From the NCBI GenBank assembly GCA_964426725.1, contig CAYRRV010000009.1, positions 15,255 through 79,254 on the forward strand: 64,000 nt of DNA, in the 5' to 3' direction. A model generated the notes under the pieces. That model made no database searches and was not told where the DNA came from. It saw nothing but the letters and a program-made list of their open reading frames with translations. Source of the DNA: an uncultured Bacteroidales bacterium. Its GTDB lineage: Bacteria > Bacteroidota > Bacteroidia > Bacteroidales > CAYRRV01. The translations under genes were made by a program, and so were the position numbers. Below are positions 48,679 to 57,363 of this stretch, piece by piece; the stretch's first letter is position 1; the number at the start of each line of letters is the position of its first letter.

Positions 48679-48986
48679 GAATTTTGAAACTGAATAAATT
48701 TACTAATTTCTTTATTAATATCATCAAAGGACCGGGAACCCATACCTGTCCAAATTGTCTTGCCTTCTTTAAAAAATAATATGGCAGGGATGGATCTTAT
48801 ATTATAATACCCAGCAATCCGGGGATTGGAATCCAGTTCAATCTTAATAATCCTCAGGTTATTTCCCCATTCTTTTTTCAGTTGTTCGAATAGAGGCGCC
48901 ATCATACGGCAGGGCGCGCACCAGTTTGCATAAAAATCGACCAGGGTTGGTATAGTGCTGTTAATTATTTTCCTGAATTTTTTCAT
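48675..48986 (-). CDS. trxA: Thioredoxin
   Basis: DFYANWCAPC, IRSIP; start set at ATG 48986 (MKKFRKII). Confidence 0.85.
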   Translation of the reverse strand: MKKFRKIINSTIPTLVDFYANWCAPCRMMAPLFEQLKKEWGNNLRIIKIELDSNPRIAGYYNIRSIPAILFFKEGKTIWTGMGSRSFDDINKEISKFIQFQNS

Positions 48987-49200
48987 TTTTTTCTTTTTTC
49001 TTTTTGTAAAAGTCCACAGCCAGATCACCCGAGAGATATCCCATGATAGCCCCTGCAATACTGGAGTTATACCAGACCGAAGTTATAGGACAGCCTCCCG
49101 AGTTGCAACCCACGTGAAACCAGTACAGGTAACCGAGAAAAGCCCCTAAAGCGATAAATCCAGCGTGAAATCCATATTTTTTAATAATCTTCATCATCAT
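48961..49200 (-). CDS. DUF6132-like small membrane protein with CxxGxCP motif
   Basis: GYLYWFHVGCNSGGCPITS. Confidence 0.8.
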   Translation of the reverse strand: MMMKIIKKYGFHAGFIALGAFLGYLYWFHVGCNSGGCPITSVWYNSSIAGAIMGYLSGDLAVDFYKKKKEKNEKIQENN

Positions 49201-49208
49201 TTTTCAGG

Positions 49209-49230
49209 CAAATATACAACACTTATGCCA
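49209..49230 (-). promoter_or_regulatory. Overlapping -7 element (TATATTTG) and sigma-54-like box (TGGCATAAGTGTTGTA) for the thioredoxin operon
   Basis: Both motifs read directly on the minus strand just upstream of 49200. Confidence 0.45.
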
Positions 49231-49418
49231 ATATATATACATATATTAATATGTATTTTGATTTAACGGGGAATCCTTGTCATTATTGTATTTTTTAATT
49301 TTTGATCTTGAAAAATCAATGTGCCAATTTGACATATCACGAAATATTTTGTTCATTGAGGGTTAACCTCGTGTTTATTATTATTGATACTTTTATTTTC
49401 GCGAATATTTTTTTTGAA

Positions 49419-50624
49419 ATGATCAAGAGTTTTAATTCATTCACTGGTCAGGGATTTGTAGTAAGATTGATATTCTTTCTTGCCTATAGTGGACAGTCCG
49501 TATTCTTGACCTTTTATAATCTTTACCTGAAGGATAATGGTTTTAGTACCAGGCAAATTGGTATTATTGCTTCGATGTTGAATATTATCATGGTAATAAT
49601 ATTGCCATTGTGGGGAATGATCGCGGATAGATTTGGCCGGAAGCGGATGCTTATGTTCGTGTTGTTTACCTCCGGTTTATTGTTATGGCTTTTCAGGATA
49701 AATGGAGGTATGGCCTGGTTCATTTCGGTTACATTATTATTTGCTCTTTTCAATAACCCTTTAGCCTCATTCGTGGATAATTTGGCACTTGATTACTCGG
49801 AATACTCGGGTATTCCTCTTTATGGACAGATCAGGGTTTGGGCGTCCATTGGGTGGGCGGTTGCGGTTGTTTTAGCCGGGTTGTTTATTTCCACGTATGG
49901 AATTAAATATATAATTCACCTTGGTTGTTTTATTCTCTTGTTGACATTTTTAGTTACAGTAACAGGGTATAAAGTGCCTGAACGAAGAGATACCAGTGGT
50001 GTTAGATTTTTAGATTTTCGAAAATTAATTAGTCAGGCAGGCATGCCCTTTTTTCTCATCGTGATTTTTATCCAGGGGATCTTTTCTGCTCCACTTTACC
50101 TGTTTATCAATCTTTATTATGATGAAATAGGAGCCGATTATGATATGCTTGGAATAGCCATAGCCGTTCAATCCATGAGTGAATTACCTTTTTTCTTTTT
50201 CGGTGACCGCATCGTGAAAAGATTTGGTCCAAAGAAAGTTTTAATTGTTGCCATGTTAGCAGCGGTTATCAGAATGTTTCTCTATGGAATAACGGGTTCA
50301 CCAGTGTTGGCCATTATTGTTGGGGTATTACACGGGCTTTGTTTAGGATTGTTCATTATTGCCACGATATCTTATATACAGGCTTTAACACCCTCCCGGT
50401 TAAGAGCAACCGGACAATCACTGATGTATGCTACCTATTTTGGTGCCGGATTTACCCTGGGTAATCTTTTTATAGGGTTCATTTCAGAGCTGATCATGAT
50501 GAAAGGAGTAATGTTGGTCAACAGTGCCGCGATCCTCATATTATCCATGATTGTTTTGCTGAAATTACCCCCAGTGAAGCGTTTAAATAAATATACGCCA
50601 ACAGTTTCACAGGGATCATTTTGA
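49419..50624 (+). CDS. MFS transporter (LacY/MFS_1_like type)
   Basis: WGMIADRFGRKR, YGQIRVWASIGW, ELPFFF, RATGQSL; start set at ATG 49419. Confidence 0.88.
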   Translation: MIKSFNSFTGQGFVVRLIFFLAYSGQSVFLTFYNLYLKDNGFSTRQIGIIASMLNIIMVIILPLWGMIADRFGRKRMLMFVLFTSGLLLWLFRINGGMAWFISVTLLFALFNNPLASFVDNLALDYSEYSGIPLYGQIRVWASIGWAVAVVLAGLFISTYGIKYIIHLGCFILLLTFLVTVTGYKVPERRDTSGVRFLDFRKLISQAGMPFFLIVIFIQGIFSAPLYLFINLYYDEIGADYDMLGIAIAVQSMSELPFFFFGDRIVKRFGPKKVLIVAMLAAVIRMFLYGITGSPVLAIIVGVLHGLCLGLFIIATISYIQALTPSRLRATGQSLMYATYFGAGFTLGNLFIGFISELIMMKGVMLVNSAAILILSMIVLLKLPPVKRLNKYTPTVSQGSF

Positions 50625-50636
50625 TTGGTTTTTTAT

Positions 50637-50652
50637 CGGAATAGATTTTGCT
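50637..50652 (+). promoter_or_regulatory. Sigma-54-like box upstream of the site-2 protease
   Basis: CGGAATAGATTTTGCT: GG and TTGC at canonical spacing. Confidence 0.45.
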
Positions 50653-50833
50653 TCATTAACGGTAAGTCAAAATAAATTTTTATGACTTATAAAACAAATA
50701 ATGTTTAAACAGACCATCTGCCAGTTGATGGACAAGTAACCTGAGATAATTATCGAGGCACATGATATCATGATTGCCCCTTGTAGCTATCGAGGGAGTG
50801 CCATATTTCAGTTTGGTCATAATTTTTAAAAAC

Positions 50834-51925
50834 ATGAAATATTCAATGAACCTGGGAAGACCATTTGGAATTAAAGTATCGATTCACTGGACATTTTTGT
50901 TACTGATAGCATGGGTTGTGATTGTAGCACTTCAACAAGGAGGAGATTTTCAACAAGTAGTAATGTATGTAATTTTTATACTTGCCTTGTTTGTTTGTGT
51001 TACCTTGCATGAATTCGGGCACTCGTTGGCAGCCCGGAGATACGGTATTGAAACAAAATCGATCACTCTTCTTCCTATTGGTGGAATGGCTAATATAAAA
51101 GGTATGCCCGAGAAACCCAGGGAAGAGATTATTGTAACCTTGTCGGGTTTAATCGTGAACGTGGTGATTGCTGGATTGATCTGGGGAATAATTGCTACAA
51201 CAGGGAGTATAGACATGGATATGCAATTTGAGAAAATCACCGCCAAGAATTTCTTTTTATTATTGATGGTCACTAACCTGTTTATCGTGGCATTCAATTT
51301 AATTCCTGCATTTCCAATGGATGGAGGCCGGATACTCAGGGCAGCTTTATCATTGAAGATGAACAGGAGAAAAGCGACCAGGGCAGCCAGTATAACGGGA
51401 CAGTTTTTCGGTATTGTTTTTACTATAGGCGGATTATTCATTAATCCATTCCTGGTAATAATAGGTATTTTCGTTTTCCTCGGCGCCAGGGCGGAATATG
51501 AACAAGAAAAGTATAAGTATATTTTGGGAGGTTATAAGGTTACTGACGTGATGATGCATGATTTTTCGAAGTTCAACAAGAATGACCAACTGAAGGATGT
51601 TGTAAAAACGCTGCTCGATTCCCAGGAAGAAGGATTCGTTGTGGTGGAAAATGGTGAAGAAGTAGCTGGGTTGCTCACCAAGGATGATATTATCAGCGGG
51701 TTGTCAAAATACGGTGAGGAAGGAAAAGTAGAAGACGCGATGAATGCAACCTTCGAGAGTCTTGATCCCGGAATGGATTTGCAAAAAGCCCTTGGAAAAA
51801 TGCAATTCAATAAATACAAGTTCTTACCTGTCACGGATTCCGGGAAATTAAAGGGTGTGGTAGATTTAAATAATATTCAGGAATTTGTTATGGTAAAGAG
51901 CGCTTTAAAAGGCAGTGAAGAATAA
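50834..51925 (+). CDS. Site-2 protease (M50) with tandem CBS domains
   Basis: HEFGH, FNLIPAFPMDGGR, C-terminal CBS pair; start set at ATG 50834. Confidence 0.93.
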   Translation: MKYSMNLGRPFGIKVSIHWTFLLLIAWVVIVALQQGGDFQQVVMYVIFILALFVCVTLHEFGHSLAARRYGIETKSITLLPIGGMANIKGMPEKPREEIIVTLSGLIVNVVIAGLIWGIIATTGSIDMDMQFEKITAKNFFLLLMVTNLFIVAFNLIPAFPMDGGRILRAALSLKMNRRKATRAASITGQFFGIVFTIGGLFINPFLVIIGIFVFLGARAEYEQEKYKYILGGYKVTDVMMHDFSKFNKNDQLKDVVKTLLDSQEEGFVVVENGEEVAGLLTKDDIISGLSKYGEEGKVEDAMNATFESLDPGMDLQKALGKMQFNKYKFLPVTDSGKLKGVVDLNNIQEFVMVKSALKGSEE

Positions 51926-52175
51926 TTTACAAAAGAATTCTTTTACCCTAAATTGAGCGATTTTCTCAATCGATGAAGATATTGTAAGCATTTCACAACA
52001 CTTTATTTGTGAAATTCAACAATCTCAATACCTGGGTTACCGGTCAACTGACGAAAAGCGCTTGTTCACTTCTTTCCAATCGTTTAACTCAGGTAACAGT
52101 TATTGATATGCTCAATGACGGTGAAAAGTCATTTCCTTTTCTTATTTTAGCAATGAATAAGGTAGCTCACACTGC

Positions 52176-53279
52176 ATGCAGGCATGGAAATGTATATTCG
52201 GTCTATTCGTGCTGCTAAATATCATGGGGTTTATCCCGGTAGCAGCCCAGCAATACCTGCAGAATCCTTCCCTGGAAGGAATCCCGGGTTTTGAAATGAT
52301 ACCACCCGGGTGGCAAAAATGTGATCCGGAAAGTACTCCTGATACAGGGCCCGTGGAAATTTTAAATGTGAACAATCCTCCTTCAGAGGGAAGCAGTTAC
52401 GTGCACATGGTAACACGCGATACGATTGCACCTTATAGCAGAAAATATGAAGAGATTCATACATCATTGCTACAATCTCTGGAAAAGGGATCATGTTATA
52501 GGTTTAAGGCAGATTTAGCCATGTGCCCATCCGATTCGTCTTTCACATTCAATCACGGGATGATAAAATATAATAATCCCGTGGTACTTAATATTTACGG
52601 TGGCGTTAATTATTGCGAGAGAACAGAGCTTCTTGCAGTTGTCGGGCCTGTTACCAATACTTCGTGGCAAACTTACGAGATCACAATACAGCCAACACTT
52701 GGTAATTACCCGTTCCTTATTCTCGAAGTTTATTTCGCTGGAGATGAGCATTATTTCGGGAACATGTTAATCGATAACCTGTTTTTGGATGATGTACCGC
52801 TGGATGAAATTGTCGTGATGGATACAACCGTGCAAGCAGGAGATTTAGTGTATTTAAGTGCTTCTGCCGGTTCATATTACGAGTGGATGCCCTTGGAAGG
52901 ACTGAACTGTTATGATTGTCAAACCCCGGTTTTTACTGGTTCTCAAAATGAATTTTATTCCTGTTATGTAGAACAGGAGGGAAGCTGCCCCTGGATTGAA
53001 AAATTCAATATTGATATTCGTTATTTTATTCCTAACGTGATTACCCCGAATGATGATGGAAGAAATGACAGATTCTATATCCCGGGTTTGCCAAAGGGTT
53101 CCCTCCTCACTATATCGGATCGCGATGGGCAGGTTATTTTTATTTCTGAGGATTATGAAAACAACTGGGCTGGATACTCTGGTTCGAATCAGCGTGTTGA
53201 GTCGGGTACATACTGGTATGTTTTAAAAATACCTGGTTTGAATAAGCCTGTCAGTGGATTTATTTACGTGATGCACTAA
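52176..53279 (+). CDS. T9SS cargo with type-B (gliding motility-associated) C-terminal domain
   Basis: Signal peptide; FIPNVITPNDDGRND...GTYWYVL...GFIYV. Confidence 0.85.
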   Translation: MQAWKCIFGLFVLLNIMGFIPVAAQQYLQNPSLEGIPGFEMIPPGWQKCDPESTPDTGPVEILNVNNPPSEGSSYVHMVTRDTIAPYSRKYEEIHTSLLQSLEKGSCYRFKADLAMCPSDSSFTFNHGMIKYNNPVVLNIYGGVNYCERTELLAVVGPVTNTSWQTYEITIQPTLGNYPFLILEVYFAGDEHYFGNMLIDNLFLDDVPLDEIVVMDTTVQAGDLVYLSASAGSYYEWMPLEGLNCYDCQTPVFTGSQNEFYSCYVEQEGSCPWIEKFNIDIRYFIPNVITPNDDGRNDRFYIPGLPKGSLLTISDRDGQVIFISEDYENNWAGYSGSNQRVESGTYWYVLKIPGLNKPVSGFIYVMH

Positions 53280-54058
53280 TCCTGCCATTCAATCATTTGA
53301 GCCTTGAATCGTTCCTGAACCATATTCCAGTTAACCAGGTTCCAGAAATTTTCCGCGAATTCACTCCTTCTATTCTGGTATTTCAGGTAGTAGGCATGTT
53401 CCCAAACATCAATTACCAGTAAAGGCATGCCTCTTTTTTCTGCCACGTCCATTAAGGGGTTATCATGCCCGGGAGTGGAGGTAACAAACAGGTTGTTATT
53501 TTCATCGATGACCAACCAGGTCCAGCCACTGGCAAAATGAGTTTTTGCTTCTTTTTCGAAAGCGGCCTTGAATAAATCAAAACTTCCAAAGTCCCGGGTG
53601 ATTGCTTCAGCCAGTTGACCGGTTGGCTCTCCACCTCCATCAGGGCTCATTATTGACCAGTAAAGTGTATGGTTATAATGCCCGCCTCCATTATTTCTCA
53701 CCTCGACAGGATATTTGCTAATGTCAATCATCAGGTCCATGAGGGTTAGCTTTTCCATTTCAGTATCCTTCACAGTATTGTTAAGATTATTCACGTATCC
53801 CTTGTGATGTTTGCCATGATGAATTTCAACGGTTTGTTTATCCATCCAGGGAAGGAGAGCGTTTGTCTTGTAATTCAGTGCTGGTAGTGTAAACGGGTAG
53901 GTAAATTCTCCCTCTTTGAAAGAAACCAGGAATGAATCATCGACAGCCTCAGCCTGCTTGAGTTTTTGCTCAGGCTTTTTATCTGAGGTTCGGGTTGTGC
54001 AAGAATGTTTTATCAACAGGAAAAAAAATAAAACGAGAAGGAATGTTAGTTTTTTCAT
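53276..54058 (-). CDS. sodA: Fe/Mn superoxide dismutase with lipoprotein-like signal peptide
   Basis: HHGKHHKGYV, NNGGGHYNH, DVWEHAYY; N-terminal MKK-hydrophobic-HSC. Confidence 0.92.
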   Translation of the reverse strand: MKKLTFLLVLFFFLLIKHSCTTRTSDKKPEQKLKQAEAVDDSFLVSFKEGEFTYPFTLPALNYKTNALLPWMDKQTVEIHHGKHHKGYVNNLNNTVKDTEMEKLTLMDLMIDISKYPVEVRNNGGGHYNHTLYWSIMSPDGGGEPTGQLAEAITRDFGSFDLFKAAFEKEAKTHFASGWTWLVIDENNNLFVTSTPGHDNPLMDVAEKRGMPLLVIDVWEHAYYLKYQNRRSEFAENFWNLVNWNMVQERFKAQMIEWQD

Positions 54059-54079
54059 AAGCGTTGTATTTCTACTATG

Positions 54080-54173
54080 AGTGATGCGTCACATTTGATA
54101 TTGCAGGAGGAATGTTCCTTTATTTATGGTATGTGGCATAAATCAACCGTCATTATTTCATTGACAAGATATT
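54080..54173 (+). repeat. Dispersed intergenic element, copy B
   Basis: AGTGATGCGTCACATTTGATATTGCAG...GTGGCATAAATCAACCGTCATTATTTCATTGACAAGATATT; aligns with 45860..45947. Confidence 0.75.
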
Positions 54174-54393
54174 ATTTGTTTAATTATTATATTAACAAAG
54201 TTCCTGAAAGATAGTTTATTCATTCTTTTGATCAGATTCGTTAAAGTCAGGACATGGTTCATCGGGATGGTTTCCAAAACCCTGCATGAAAGAAGGCTGT
54301 AAGGGTCAGTGTCAGGGTTATGCATGAGTAGTATAATTATTTTTTAAAAAAGTATTTTGCATTTAAAAATAGATTACATTCGCGGAAAAATCA

Positions 54394-56379
54394 ATGAAGA
54401 AAACCCAAACCTGCAATGGTGGCCGTAAGAGGCAGACCATGCAAAATCACAGGAATCTTGGTCCTGTTCCCGACCTTGAAAAACATCTCCAACCAGACTG
54501 GTGGAAAAGGATATTCAACTCGATGTACCTGAAAACTGATGCTGATGTGGTGGAAGATCGTTCTATCACGGAGAAAGAAGTAACTTTATTTGCTGACGTG
54601 TTGGCATTAGATAAAGATGATATGATACTTGATGTTGCTTGCGGCCAGGGACGCCATTCTTTGGAGCTCGCGCGAAGAGGATACAAGAACGTGCATGGTA
54701 TTGACCGTTCGCATTTTTTAATCCGCAAAGCCAAGACAATCAATCAAACAGAAGGATTAACCGTGAGTTTCAAGGAGGGAGATGCACGAAAATTACCTTA
54801 TTCAACAGACACTTTTCATAAAATTATGATCTTGGGTAACAGTTTCGGTTATTTTGAGAGCAAGGAAGATGATACAAAAATTTTAAAAGAAGTTTTCAGG
54901 ATCATGAGACCTGGCGGTACTTTTTTAATTGATGTAGCAGATGGAAATTATCTCAGCGAGAATTTTAATCCCAGAAGCTGGGAATGGCTTGATGAAAAAC
55001 ATTTTGTTTGCCGTGAAAGATCGCTTGCAAGCGATAATGAAAGACTCATTTCAAGAGAAGTAATTACGCATACACAGAAAGGAATTATTGTTGATCAGTT
55101 TTACGCGGAGCGTTTATACTCAAGAAATAGCCTGTCTGAAATACTGAAAACGGCGGGGTTTACCAATGTTCAGTTCCATGCTGAAATATCCCCGGACTCG
55201 AAGCGTAATCAGGATTTGGGAATGATGGAGAGGAGAATCATTGTTACGGCCAAAGTCGTTAAAGAATGGACTCCCGTGAGAACGAAAAATGCGGATCTGA
55301 AATCGATTGTTGTTGTCATGGGTGATCCTGGCAAACCTGACGTGATTAAGCCAGATAATATTTTCGATGAAGATGATATAAACACGATAAATCAATTGAA
55401 AATTGCTTTGAGTGAATTGAAGGGATACAAGTTCACCTACCTGAACAATCATAATTCATTGATAAATGATCTGGTAAAAATAAAACCGAAAACGGATTTT
55501 GTCCTGAACCTGTGCGACGAGGGATTTAATAATGACGCTAAGATGGAATTGCATGTCCCTGCTATATTGGAAATTCTCGGGATTCCCTATACAGGATCCA
55601 ATCCTCAATGTTTGGCTTATTGTTACGATAAATCTCTCGTGAGAGGTATTGCCAAAGAAATGGAGATCCCTGTACCTGAAGCTTTTTTTATCAGACCGGA
55701 TGATAACGTCTTTGAATTAAACATTGATTTCCCTGTTATAGTCAAGCCTAATTTTGGCGATTCCAGCTTTGGTATCACGAAAGACAGTGTTGCCTATTCA
55801 GTGGAGCAACTCAATGACGCCATAGTCCGGGTAAGAAATCAGTTTGGATACGATAAACCAGTTCTCATCGAGGAGTTTCTAACGGGTCGTGAGGTAACTA
55901 TTGGGATTATTGGAAACACTCCTGACAGCTACATGGTATTACCGGTGGTAGAAGAAGATTATTCAGGATTGCCGGGTGATTTGCCTAAAATCTGTGGGTA
56001 CGAGGCAAAATGGTTAACAGATTCACCCTATTTCAGGCTTTTGCGATCTATTCCTGCCGATTTACCATCTGACACGGAAAAGGTTATGGTCGAACATTGT
56101 CTCAGGTTGTTTGAAAGACTCGAATGCCGTGATTATTGTCGTTTCGACTGGCGACTGGATAGTAAAGGACATCCCCGGTTACTGGAGGTCAATCCTAACC
56201 CGGGTTGGTGTTGGGACGGGCATCTCGCGAAGATGTCGTCTATTGCAGGTCTTGGTTATTCAAAAATGCTGGAATCTATTTTACAGGCAGCAGAAACCAG
56301 GTTGTCTGTTTCAATGGTGAATAACCTGAAAACAGGTACTACGGTAAAACCAAACATGGTAGAATTTTCTAATATTTAA
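54394..56379 (+). CDS. Class I SAM methyltransferase fused to a D-Ala-D-Ala-ligase-like ATP-grasp domain
   Basis: LDVACGQGRH, GNSFGYF; NLCDEG, YTGS, DKSL, IVKPNFGDSSFGI, EEFLTGREV, RFDWR, LEVNPNPG. Confidence 0.88.
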   Translation: MKKTQTCNGGRKRQTMQNHRNLGPVPDLEKHLQPDWWKRIFNSMYLKTDADVVEDRSITEKEVTLFADVLALDKDDMILDVACGQGRHSLELARRGYKNVHGIDRSHFLIRKAKTINQTEGLTVSFKEGDARKLPYSTDTFHKIMILGNSFGYFESKEDDTKILKEVFRIMRPGGTFLIDVADGNYLSENFNPRSWEWLDEKHFVCRERSLASDNERLISREVITHTQKGIIVDQFYAERLYSRNSLSEILKTAGFTNVQFHAEISPDSKRNQDLGMMERRIIVTAKVVKEWTPVRTKNADLKSIVVVMGDPGKPDVIKPDNIFDEDDINTINQLKIALSELKGYKFTYLNNHNSLINDLVKIKPKTDFVLNLCDEGFNNDAKMELHVPAILEILGIPYTGSNPQCLAYCYDKSLVRGIAKEMEIPVPEAFFIRPDDNVFELNIDFPVIVKPNFGDSSFGITKDSVAYSVEQLNDAIVRVRNQFGYDKPVLIEEFLTGREVTIGIIGNTPDSYMVLPVVEEDYSGLPGDLPKICGYEAKWLTDSPYFRLLRSIPADLPSDTEKVMVEHCLRLFERLECRDYCRFDWRLDSKGHPRLLEVNPNPGWCWDGHLAKMSSIAGLGYSKMLESILQAAETRLSVSMVNNLKTGTTVKPNMVEFSNI

Positions 56380-56393
56380 AAATTAAAATAACA

Positions 56394-57356
56394 TTACCAG
56401 GCAAATCTGTTTTGATTGTGCCTCTTCAGGTATTTGTACGCGCTCCTGTTGGGATTGGAGAGATTAAAGCGCAATATAATTTCATGACTTCCATGGTTAT
56501 AGTTTCTGATCTCTCCAAATGTTATGTCAAACGCGTAAACAAATTCAAAGATGCTGTAGCGGAAACCTGCCATAATAATACCATCGAGATTGGTGCGGAA
56601 AGAGGCCCCGGCCCATAGGAAATCCCGGTAATATAACTGGTTACAAGCATCGAGCTGCAAGGGCAACCCGATAGATTTTTTGACCAAAACAGAGGGTTGG
56701 TACCTGAATAACTCGTTCAATGTGAATACATATCCGCCTGTAAGATAGAAGGTGCGGGCAACAGGATTGTTAAAATCCAGGCTGGTTTCAAATAAATCCC
56801 ATTTTGATTCCATGAGATTGATAACAGAAAAACCTGCAAAATAATTTTCAGAGTAAAAAAATAATCCTGTTGAAGCATCTGGCGCCAGTCTTTGTTGCAA
56901 TTCCCCGGTAATTGCCGGATCCCCGGGAATGTTGGTTTCCAACCTCCCTGTTTCAAAAAGGTTTTGGAAAACTTCTGCAGATAAACCCAGTGAAAACCAA
57001 TGTTCCTCATTTAACCTGAAATGTTTTGAAAAAGCCAGTTTCATACCGGTTTGCCGGGTCGGGCCCGTGATGTTATTGAAAATTACACTACCTAATCCGA
57101 TTTTTAATGGCAGGAAGGCATGTGTTGACATGTACTGGGAGCGGGGAGCATCATCGAAACCCATCCATTGCTGACGTACATGCAGCGATATAGGAATTTT
57201 ATCTGAAGCACCCGCGAAGGCAGGATTATAGTTTAACCGGTTAAGATTAAACAAGCTGTTGGATGTTACCTGCTGTCCTTTAGCTACCGTTCCTGAAAGC
57301 AAAAGAATAATGAGGAATGTATTTCTTACATGTTTATTAAACAAGAACATATTCAT
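56394..57356 (-). CDS. T9SS PorP/SprF family outer-membrane protein
   Basis: YNPAFAG, RQQWMGFDDAP, HGSHEI. Confidence 0.92.
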   Translation of the reverse strand: MNMFLFNKHVRNTFLIILLLSGTVAKGQQVTSNSLFNLNRLNYNPAFAGASDKIPISLHVRQQWMGFDDAPRSQYMSTHAFLPLKIGLGSVIFNNITGPTRQTGMKLAFSKHFRLNEEHWFSLGLSAEVFQNLFETGRLETNIPGDPAITGELQQRLAPDASTGLFFYSENYFAGFSVINLMESKWDLFETSLDFNNPVARTFYLTGGYVFTLNELFRYQPSVLVKKSIGLPLQLDACNQLYYRDFLWAGASFRTNLDGIIMAGFRYSIFEFVYAFDITFGEIRNYNHGSHEIILRFNLSNPNRSAYKYLKRHNQNRFAW

Positions 57357-57363
57357 AATTGTA

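Noticed and set aside
52030-52135. CTGACGA...GAAA resembling a hammerhead ribozyme core inside a CCTGGGTTA/TAACTCAGG hairpin
   Set aside because: No stem II can form between CUGANGA and GAAA, and no properly placed cleavage triplet with stem III was found.
54240-54330. GC-richer segment with AACCCTG/CAGGGTT pairing as a SAM riboswitch upstream of the methyltransferase fusion
   Set aside because: It lacks the conserved SAM-I/SAM-II cores and lies upstream of a likely -7-type element near 54376.
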